In this document: positions 1 to 6,685 of the stretch, one piece after another
How positions within the stretch are numbered: position 1 is the first letter of the stretch
Layout of the letters: each line of letters opens with the position of its first letter
Source of the DNA: a bacterium
GTDB taxonomy: Bacteria > Desulfobacterota > DSWW01
DNA length: 11,372 nucleotides
Direction: 5' to 3'
Assembly (NCBI GenBank): GCA_040756235.1
Contig: JBFLZG010000038.1
Span: 40,065-51,436 of the forward strand
Notes under the pieces: generated by a model
What the model saw: only the letters and a program-made list of their open reading frames with translations
Database searches by the model: none
Told to the model about the DNA's origin: nothing
Translations under genes and position numbers: made by a program

Positions 1-1
1 G

Positions 2-1948
2 GCCGGCCCGCGGCGGCGGCCCGGCCGGGGCCCCGCCGGCCGGCCGGCAGCGCCTTCCGACTTCATGATCGTGACCCGCAACCGAGCACGGCTGAGCGCC
101 TACGCGCGCAAGCTCGAGGCCTGCGGCGTGCCCCACCAGGTCACGGGCGGCAGCGCCCTGAACGAGATCGGCGAGCTGCGGCTCCTGTACGCCTGCCTGA
201 AAGCCGCAATCTGGCCCGATGATCCGGTCGCGCTGCTGGCTGTCCTCAGGAGCGAGCTGTTCGGCGTGAGCGACGCGGACCTCTACGCGTTCCGCAAAGC
301 GGGCGGCAGGTTCTCCTGGCAGACTCAGGTTCCGGAAGAGCTGCGCGAGACCGCTTCCGATGAGGCCCTGCGCTCGTTTCAGGACGCCTTTGCCAGGCTC
401 AAGAAGTATGGACGCTGGCTCGCGAGGCTTCCGCCCGTGTGCGCAGTCGAGAAGATCGCGGCCGATCTGGGCCTCCCGGCCCTGGCCGCCTCCAGGCCGG
501 GCGGCGGCGTGGAGGCGGGGAGCCTGGCCAAGGCGATCGAGATCCTTCGGGGCCTCCGGGGCCAGATGTGGACGAACGTTCAGCTCGTCGAATGCCTCGG
601 CGCCCTGCTCGAGAGGGATCCGTGCTACGACGGCATTTCCGCCCGTTCCGAGGAGGGGAACGTCGTCCGCATCATGAACCTCCACAAAGTCAAGGGGCTC
701 GAAGCGCCGGTCGTTTTTCTCGCCGATCCGTCCGGCGAATGGGATCATCCGGCCGAGCTTCACGTCGACCGCTCGGGCGACAGAATCGCGGGCTACATGG
801 CTGTCCTTGGCGAAAAAAAGGGCAACCGCCCGCAATCGGTGCTGGCTCAACCCGAGGGCTGGGACCGCCTCGCGGAGAAAGAGAAGCGCTTTGCGGAGGC
901 GGAAGCTTTGCGGCTGCGCTACGTGGCGGCCACGCGGGCCGGCTCTGCCGTGATCATCACCCAGAAGACCGGGAAAAAGAACGCGAACCAGTACAACCCG
1001 TGGAAATATTTCGCGGGGCTCCTGCCTGCCGAAGCCGAGATCCCGGACCCCGGCCCTCCGGGGGGCCCCGCGGCCCCCCCGGAGGGCGAGATCTCCTGTG
1101 ACGAGGTTTCGGCCGCAGAGGAGGCGATCGCCGGAAGGGTGGCGGCCTGCTCGGCTCCGACCTGTGCCCTGCGCAGGGTGAAGGAGTACGCCTCGGAGAT
1201 GGCCGCGGCCGCAGTGCCTGTCCCCGGCGGAGGTCCCGCGCCCGCAGCGCGCCCGGCTTCGAGCGAGGTCCCGGACGGCTCGCCTGACTCCCCTCCGTTG
1301 CGCCCGGGGTCGCCTTGCGCGGCTCCCGCCGGCGCGCCTGCCGTCCTGTGCGGTGCGCAGCACGAGGACGGTGATAGCGGCGCGGAGGCCACCCGTCCCG
1401 AAGGCGTGCAGCGCCGCGTGGAGGATCCGTCCTTTCCCGACGGCGAGCACGGGATCGAGTGGGGGACCGCGCTCCACTCCCTCCTCGACCTGGCGGCGCA
1501 ACGGCCGGCAGCCGGCCTCCTGGGTCCGGCCGAGGCCGCGCTGGCCGAACAGGGCCTCGACGTGGGGCTTGCCCAGCAAGCCGTCGAGCAGGTCCGGGCC
1601 GTCCTCTCTTCCCCTCTCTGGCAGCGCGCCCTCCGGAGCCGCAAGCGGCTGACAGAAGTTCCCTTCGAAGTGCTCGCGGAGGGCGAGGGCGAGCCGCTGC
1701 CGACCCTCCTGCGCGGCGCCATCGACCTGGTCTTCCTGGAGGAAGACGGCTGGGTCATCGTCGACTACAAGACCGATCTCGTCAGGGGCAGGAGCCCGGA
1801 GCGTCTCGTCCGGGAGTACGCTCCCCAGGTCCGTCTCTATGCGGAGGCCTGGGAGAGGTCGACCGGCGAGCCGGTCCGGGAAGCCGCGCTGTACTTCCTG
1901 CGCGAAGGCCTCTACCTACCGGTCGGCGGCCGAAGCTCTGATGGTTGA
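2..1948 (+). CDS. UvrD/AddA-type ATP-dependent helicase-nuclease, 5'-truncated (C-terminal helicase domains plus RecB-like PD-(D/E)XK nuclease)
   Basis: The frame is open from position 2 (...PSDFMIVTRNR), so the ATG at 65 is probably internal. SF1 helicase motifs V (IMNLHKVKGLEAPVVFL) and VI (EALRLRYVAATRA) are present. RecB/AddA nuclease motifs GTALHSLL, TEVPF, LRGAIDLVF, IVDYKTD and QVRLYA are also present. Confidence 0.93.
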   Translation, partial: AGPRRRPGRGPAGRPAAPSDFMIVTRNRARLSAYARKLEACGVPHQVTGGSALNEIGELRLLYACLKAAIWPDDPVALLAVLRSELFGVSDADLYAFRKAGGRFSWQTQVPEELRETASDEALRSFQDAFARLKKYGRWLARLPPVCAVEKIAADLGLPALAASRPGGGVEAGSLAKAIEILRGLRGQMWTNVQLVECLGALLERDPCYDGISARSEEGNVVRIMNLHKVKGLEAPVVFLADPSGEWDHPAELHVDRSGDRIAGYMAVLGEKKGNRPQSVLAQPEGWDRLAEKEKRFAEAEALRLRYVAATRAGSAVIITQKTGKKNANQYNPWKYFAGLLPAEAEIPDPGPPGGPAAPPEGEISCDEVSAAEEAIAGRVAACSAPTCALRRVKEYASEMAAAAVPVPGGGPAPAARPASSEVPDGSPDSPPLRPGSPCAAPAGAPAVLCGAQHEDGDSGAEATRPEGVQRRVEDPSFPDGEHGIEWGTALHSLLDLAAQRPAAGLLGPAEAALAEQGLDVGLAQQAVEQVRAVLSSPLWQRALRSRKRLTEVPFEVLAEGEGEPLPTLLRGAIDLVFLEEDGWVIVDYKTDLVRGRSPERLVREYAPQVRLYAEAWERSTGEPVREAALYFLREGLYLPVGGRSSDG

Positions 1949-2149
1949 TCCGTTACCTCGGCAGGACTTGGCTATCCTGTAAGCCTGGGCCGCGCCCCCG
2001 ACCTGAAGAAGGCCTTCGAAAAACGCCCGCCCGGAGAGACGTTAACAGCCTCCTGAATCTTCCGGCATGCCCGTCACATCTAGAACGGAGGTGAAGGAGA
2101 CCCCTTCAGCGCGAGGGGAAGGACCACCTTCAAACATGGGAGTTCGAAC

Positions 2150-2713
2150 ATGGCAAATCCGCAATTACCAAGACGAGAACGGCGCGATGCGAATTGGGCA
2201 TGGTGGCTGATTGGGTTGGCGGTCCTGGTCGGGATCGGCTACTGGATCTATACGGGCTACAGCGGTGACTCGATGCGCGAGCAACGGGCAGAGGCGCCAA
2301 CGGTCCGGTCCATTTCAGAAAATCCGCGGGACTATTACGGCCAGACGGTCACCGTGAACGGCACGGTCGATGATGTCATCGGAACCCGTGGCTTCACCTT
2401 GGGCGAGGGGATCGTGGTGCTGCCCGAAGGGCCGCAGGTCAGTGAGAGCAGGAAGTTCCAGCCTGGTGAAGTCGTGCAGGTGACCGGCACGGTCATGGAA
2501 CTGACGGGCGATCTGAAGAAGCAGATCGGCGAGGAGGTCAACCAGAAAGGCCCGGTCATCATGGCGTCCCGGATCGACTTGAGCCCTGCCGGACAGGCCG
2601 AGCGGGAGCAGGGTGGAGCAGCCGCTCCGGGTGCCGGTGGCACAGGGACGGAGGCACCCTCGCCTCAGTCAGGCCAGCAGGAGCAGCCGGATGCCGGAAC
2701 GTCCGGCCGCTGA
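2150..2713 (+). CDS. Hypothetical membrane-anchored protein with probable OB-fold-like beta domain and low-complexity C-terminal tail
   Basis: GGGAG RBS at 2138-2142. N-terminal hydrophobic helix WAWWLIGLAVLVGIGYWIYTGY after basic residues. The OB-fold-like pattern ENPRDYYGQTVTVNGTV...PGEVVQVTGTV follows, and a strong hairpin lies downstream. Confidence 0.8.
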   Translation: MANPQLPRRERRDANWAWWLIGLAVLVGIGYWIYTGYSGDSMREQRAEAPTVRSISENPRDYYGQTVTVNGTVDDVIGTRGFTLGEGIVVLPEGPQVSESRKFQPGEVVQVTGTVMELTGDLKKQIGEEVNQKGPVIMASRIDLSPAGQAEREQGGAAAPGAGGTGTEAPSPQSGQQEQPDAGTSGR

Positions 2714-2750
2714 GCCGTAACGGGTCTGTTAACGTGAGAACCTGACAGGC

Positions 2751-2777
2751 AGGGGCACGGCGTCTTGCCGTGCCCCT
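2751..2777. terminator. Probable intrinsic terminator hairpin between convergent genes
   Basis: Perfect 11-bp stem AGGGGCACGGC / GCCGTGCCCCT with loop GTCTT, followed by ATATT. It lies between the stops at 2713 (+) and 2866 (-). The T-tract is weak. Confidence 0.65.
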
Positions 2778-2865
2778 ATATTCACGAGCTCCGGCTCGTT
2801 CTCGGGTGAGAGGCTGCGTCACAAGCTGACAACCAGGCGGAGGGACCGGCGTGGCCCGCGCCAAG

Positions 2866-4278
2866 TCACAGCGGGGCCTCTTCCAGAATCAACCGCTCCC
2901 AGCCTCTCATCCTGGGCATCACCGGTGGAATTGCGTGATGTGGCGGGACCTGGACCTCCGCCGGTTCGGGCGGATGGTCCGCGCTTGCCGACCTTCGTGT
3001 TCCCTTCTTGAAGAACAGGTTATAAAGAGTCCAGTCCAACCGGCTCCCGGAGCCGAACCCGGGGAAGCGCGCGAGCAAGGACCGGAGCGAATAGAACTGC
3101 TCCAGGGCGTTCGCGTGCCCATCCCGGATCTCCTCCGCAGTCAGCCCGAGCGGCCGGAACACGAGATTCCTCTGGTCGTACCTGTCCCAATCATACGTGG
3201 TGATCCGCCCTGCGTTGAGCATCTCGAACCAGATCCGGCTTCCCGGGTAGGGGGTCCGTATGGAAAAGGAGCCAACGTCGACGCCCGCACGGATGGCCAG
3301 TTGAACCGTATCCTCGAACACCGACGGACGGTCGTGATCGAATCCGAAGACGAATTGCCCGAACACGAGGATCCCGGAGCTCCGGACCTTCTCCACCAGT
3401 AACGGGAACGCCTCCAGCCGGCGCCACGGTCTGTGGCCGTTCTGAGCGGCTTCTCGGAAGATCCATTCGAAGCCGATGGCCAGCATGTAGCAGCCGCTCT
3501 CAGCGGCGAGATCCAGCAGTTGCTCGTCCAGGAGACTGCGGCTGTCCACCGAGGCCTGCCACCGGATTCCCATGCCCCTCAGGGCCTGCATCAGTGTCAG
3601 CGCGCGGGTGCGGGAGCAAAAGAGGTCCGGGTCGCTCAGGATGATCTGACGCTCCCCTGCCGAACGGATGTCGCGCAGGACCTCGTCGATGGGACGGGAC
3701 CGAAGAGCGAGCCCGTTCAGCAGGTGCTCGGTGCAGAAGGAACAGCCGTGGGGGCATCCCCGGGAGGTCTGAATGACGGCTCGATTCAGATAGCGATGCG
3801 GCTTGAGCAGGTCGTAGCGCGGAATCGGGATCCCGGCCAGGGAAGGAAGCTCCCCTGCTTTGTAAATGCCCCCCAGGCGGCCTCCTTTCAGATCCTCGAG
3901 GACCCTCTCCATCACCCCCTCCGCTTCCCCGACGACCACCGCATCCGCATGCTGAAGCGCTTCGGTGGGCATGAAGCTCGGATGCACGCCGCCCAGGATG
4001 ACGGCCACTCCCCGGCTGCGGAAAGCATCGGCCAGCTTGTAAGCGCGCTTCACGTGAGAGGTCACGGCCGAGATGCCGACGAGGTCGGCCTTGAGCGCGA
4101 AGTCGACGGGCTCCACGTTTTCGTCCGTCAGCACGACCTCGTACTGATCCCGCGGGACCAGGGCCGCTACCGCCACGAGCCCTGCAAGAGGGGCGCAAAG
4201 GGCCCGATTCAGGTAGATCGGACGGGCAACCACCGCGTCCGTTCTCGGACTGATCAGATGGATTCTGCGGGTTCGCAT
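2866..4278 (-). CDS. B12-binding-domain radical SAM protein (class B-like architecture)
   Basis: N-terminal cobalamin-binding-type domain (DLVGIS, VILGGVHPS, VVVGEAE). TSRGCPHGCSFC contains the CxxxCxxC motif. Later FVFGFDHD and TPYPGS motifs are present, with a GGAGG RBS just upstream. Confidence 0.92.
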   Translation of the reverse strand: MRTRRIHLISPRTDAVVARPIYLNRALCAPLAGLVAVAALVPRDQYEVVLTDENVEPVDFALKADLVGISAVTSHVKRAYKLADAFRSRGVAVILGGVHPSFMPTEALQHADAVVVGEAEGVMERVLEDLKGGRLGGIYKAGELPSLAGIPIPRYDLLKPHRYLNRAVIQTSRGCPHGCSFCTEHLLNGLALRSRPIDEVLRDIRSAGERQIILSDPDLFCSRTRALTLMQALRGMGIRWQASVDSRSLLDEQLLDLAAESGCYMLAIGFEWIFREAAQNGHRPWRRLEAFPLLVEKVRSSGILVFGQFVFGFDHDRPSVFEDTVQLAIRAGVDVGSFSIRTPYPGSRIWFEMLNAGRITTYDWDRYDQRNLVFRPLGLTAEEIRDGHANALEQFYSLRSLLARFPGFGSGSRLDWTLYNLFFKKGTRRSASADHPPEPAEVQVPPHHAIPPVMPRMRGWERLILEEAPL

Positions 4279-4573
4279 GTTTTTCCTCCAGCGATCGGCG
4301 GCGTGAGAGGCAGGGGGTCCCCGCGGGACCTCGAGGTCGAGCGCCGCGATGAAGGATCCACTATCAGTTTAGGGGGCATCGCCGGCAGGGAAGAATCAGG
4401 TGGATTCCGTAGCCGGTACGAATTCGTAACTTATTTTTGAATCGAAATGATTGTATGTGCGCCGGGCTTGTCGGAGGTTGGCACGGCCGCTCTTGCTCGG
4501 CCGACAGGACGCGGTGTCGCAGTCGGTGAGCCGCGGGAGCGGGATCTTCAGGTGCGCGTCTTCAAGGATGCGC

Positions 4574-4603
4574 TTGACTCCGGCGGAACAAGGAGGCTAT
4601 GAC
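4574..4603 (+). promoter_or_regulatory. Possible sigma70-type promoter for the 4682-5035 gene
   Basis: TTGACT (4574-4579), 18-bp spacer, TATGAC (4598-4603). The -10 match is weak. Confidence 0.25.
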
Positions 4604-4681
4604 GGCTCGGGGGCGGCCGGACCTGCCGCGATCTCTCCACTTTACGCGCAGAAGATGACGTACCCTGGATGCGGTGCCTCC

Positions 4682-5035
4682 ATGGACACACGGGTGGGCA
4701 GTTATCTGGGAACCGAGATCGGCGGCAAATGGTGGAAGCGGTTCCGACGGGACGGGTTTTTCGCCCGGGGAAACGGCGAGTACTGGCTGGATGACCGGGC
4801 GCTATGCTTCCGGCGCTACCTCACCAAGGCCCCTCTGATCATCCCCTTCGAAAAGATGACGGGCCTCCGGCTCGGCACCTGGCACGCCGGCAAATGGGTT
4901 CTCGGCAAACCGATCCTGAAAGTGCTCTGGAGACACGAAGGGCAGGAGCTGAGCTCCGGCTTCTATGTCTCGAAAGCGGACGAGCTCATCAGAGAGGTCG
5001 AGGCCAGGATGGCGCCGTCGACCCGAGCGAGGTAG
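4682..5035 (+). CDS. Hypothetical protein (117 aa), possibly PH-like beta fold
   Basis: The protein-like, aromatic-rich sequence begins at ATG 4682 (MDTRVGSYLGTEIGGKWWKRF...). The upstream extension to 4451 looks non-coding. Predicted beta strands ending in one helix (KADELIREVEARM) suggest a PH-like fold, which is inference only. Confidence 0.75.
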   Translation: MDTRVGSYLGTEIGGKWWKRFRRDGFFARGNGEYWLDDRALCFRRYLTKAPLIIPFEKMTGLRLGTWHAGKWVLGKPILKVLWRHEGQELSSGFYVSKADELIREVEARMAPSTRAR

Positions 5036-5037
5036 TA

Positions 5038-5058
5038 CCCGGCCCGTCTGCGAAGGGC
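5038..5058 (+). repeat. 21-bp direct repeat copy 1 (degenerate CGTC-type REP arm)
   Basis: CCCGGCCCGTCTGCGAAGGGC is identical at 5198-5218 and similar to the reverse complement of 9785-9806. Confidence 0.85.
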
Positions 5059-5072
5059 GCGCGAGCCGGAGG

Positions 5073-5166
5073 ACGAAATGTCGCGGACATTGCGAGGGAG
5101 CCGAAGGCGACCGAAGCAACCCCCCTGAGTCCGGGAGGTTGCTTCGCCGAGCTCGCAATCTCCGGA
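5073..5166 (+). repeat. 94-bp palindromic REP/RPE-like element, copy 1
   Basis: 93/94 identical to the reverse complement of 11185-11278. Internal stems are ATTGCGAG(5089-5096)/CTCGCAAT(5152-5159) and CGAAGCAACC(5112-5121)/GGTTGCTTCG(5137-5146). Confidence 0.95.
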
Positions 5167-5183
5167 TCTTTCAGAGCCGCCCC

Positions 5184-6095
5184 TCAGTCTTCGTCGTCCC
5201 GGCCCGTCTGCGAAGGGCCGCCAGAGCAGGCCGCACCGGGGGCCGGAAGGTAGCGGTCTTCGTAGGTGCCGTCTCGACAGCGCTCCCGGTATACCGTCTC
5301 CTCCTCCCCCCCGGTGCCCCCCACGAGAAATCTTGCCGGCGCGGAAAGCAGTCGGTCCGGACGCAGGACAACGACCCCGATGTCGTCCGTCCTCGGGGTG
5401 TGCAGGTCGATGCTCTCCACGATCTCGTCGGCTACTCCTTCGATGGGATGGCGGGCGGACAAGCGCGCGATCGATTCGCTCGTGGTCGCGTTCCCCTCGG
5501 AGCCCAGGTCAGAGATCCCGTCCGTGGCGAGGATGAACACCGACTCGTCCGGAAGATCGATTTCGTCGATCTGGAAGTAGCGTTTGGATCTTCCGACCAT
5601 CCAGAAGTTGTTGGTCGTAAGCTGCCTGCACGAGCCCGGTCGAGCGTCGACCTGGAACAGCAGGCTGTCCCCGGTGTGCAGCAGGATGCCCCGGGCGCCC
5701 TGCCGTCGGGTTCTCGCGATCAGGAGCCCCGTGAACGTGCAGCTTTCGGTGTAGGGGATCTGCTCGAGGGTAGCCCCGGCCTGGGCGAGGAATTCGTCCC
5801 GTGCGCTGCGGAACGCCGCGGGCGAAAGGAAGATGCCGGGGTCCAAGGGCCGGATGCGGTCCAGCCCTTCGGCGAACCTGGACAGAAAATGATAGGAGGC
5901 TGCCGGGTTGCGGCTCGCTCCGTCCGAGACCGCGAAGAAGCCCTTGTGGAAATCCATGAGGATGCAATCGCCCATGCCGCCCGCCGGCGCATGGACCGTG
6001 CCCGCTCTCACCCGTCCGCTCGCGACACGGGGACAGCGGACCGATCGTTTCCGGGCATTGAAGAGCACGCTTGAGCTCGTCACTCCGGTTCCCAT
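5184..6095 (-). CDS. PP2C/SpoIIE-fold (PPM family) phosphatase-domain protein, atypical
   Basis: PPM-like motifs occur in order: GMGDC, FFAVSDGAS, SCTFT, LHTGDSLLF, QLT, FILATDGISD, DDIGVVVL. The start codon is uncertain because there is no strong RBS. Confidence 0.82.
   Translation of the reverse strand: MGTGVTSSSVLFNARKRSVRCPRVASGRVRAGTVHAPAGGMGDCILMDFHKGFFAVSDGASRNPAASYHFLSRFAEGLDRIRPLDPGIFLSPAAFRSARDEFLAQAGATLEQIPYTESCTFTGLLIARTRRQGARGILLHTGDSLLFQVDARPGSCRQLTTNNFWMVGRSKRYFQIDEIDLPDESVFILATDGISDLGSEGNATTSESIARLSARHPIEGVADEIVESIDLHTPRTDDIGVVVLRPDRLLSAPARFLVGGTGGEEETVYRERCRDGTYEDRYLPAPGAACSGGPSQTGRDDED
5198..5218 (+). repeat. 21-bp direct repeat copy 2, inside the 3' end of the PP2C-like CDS
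   Basis: Identical to 5038-5058, 160 bp away, and preceded by CGTCGT (compare CGTCAT of CGTC-type REP arms). Confidence 0.85.
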
Positions 6096-6174
6096 CCGTT
6101 CGGGCGCTTCGGGGCACTGTGCCGCTGGCGGGGCGAGTCGCGTGCTGGCAGCAGCCTCCTCCGGCCGTGGCGGT

Positions 6175-6660
6175 TCAGCCCGGATCCACGATCTCGAACC
6201 AGCGGATGTCGCGGATGTTCCCCTGCATTTCCGCAGGGTCCTTGAACACCGCCCGGACCTTCATCCCCACCCGGATCCTGGCCACGTCGGTTTCATGAAT
6301 GAGATGGGAAAAGATCGTGTCCGAGCCGTCGATGCGGATGTAGCCGTAGGTGTAGGGAATGGGGCGCTGCTCGCCGGTGTCGGGGTCGATGAAAGGGTAG
6401 TTCACCACCGAGAAGGCGGTGATCTTTCCGGTGTCGGGCAGGCGCACGATCTCGTCCAGCTCCAGGAAGCACGGCCCGCAGATGCGGCGCGGCGGCACGT
6501 AGACCTTGCCGCACCCGGGGCACCGGCTGCCGACGAACCGGCGGCTCCTTTTCATCTCATGAAAGAACAGGCTCCCGTACTTGCCGATCGACCACTCGTA
6601 CGGCATCGGGTTGGCCCAGGTGACCGTCAGAAGCCTGCTATAGTCCCGCTCGGTCCCCAT
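6175..6660 (-). CDS. DUF35 family Zn-ribbon/OB-fold protein (thiolase/aldolase partner), copy 2
   Basis: GSRCPGCGKVYVPPRRICGPC zinc ribbon. OB-fold GKITAFSVV...PYTYGYIRIDG...VGMKVRAVF. GAGGTG RBS. Confidence 0.94.
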   Translation of the reverse strand: MGTERDYSRLLTVTWANPMPYEWSIGKYGSLFFHEMKRSRRFVGSRCPGCGKVYVPPRRICGPCFLELDEIVRLPDTGKITAFSVVNYPFIDPDTGEQRPIPYTYGYIRIDGSDTIFSHLIHETDVARIRVGMKVRAVFKDPAEMQGNIRDIRWFEIVDPG

Positions 6661-6685
6661 CTCGCACCTCGTTTCCAGCCAGCTA

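Noticed and set aside
1..48. Pure G/C tract at the window start as a repeat element
   Set aside because: It is in frame with the helicase (Arg/Pro/Gly/Ala codons) with no defined repeat unit. It may be a low-complexity loop or a contig-edge artefact.
4386..4420. Cobalamin riboswitch-like AGGGAA...GGTG...TCC near the B12-binding gene
   Set aside because: It is on the wrong strand for the radical SAM gene and lacks the CCCGCnACTGT and B12-box elements.
4479..4498. Sigma54 promoter TTGGCACGGCCGCTCTTGC
   Set aside because: The -24 box is good, but the GC is not at the required GG-N10-GC spacing (TTGC is 3 bp too far).
4451..4681. N-terminal extension of the 194-aa ORF, and a 19-codon ORF after AAGGAGG at 4590
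   Set aside because: The extension is not protein-like and starts at a TTG without an RBS. The RBS-to-ATG spacing of the mini-ORF is only 2 nt.
5038..5218. 21-bp direct repeat as a target-site duplication or att site
   Set aside because: Both copies are homologous to the CGTC right arm at about 9786-9812, so repeat-family membership explains them better. The second 94-bp copy has no such duplication.
4965..6074. ORFs 4965-6074 (+) and 11123-11353 (-) sharing the peptide TKCRGHCEGAxGDRSNPPESGRLLRRARNLR
   Set aside because: The shared peptide is simply the translation of the 94-bp DNA repeat, and the rest of the longer ORF is antisense to the PP2C-like gene.
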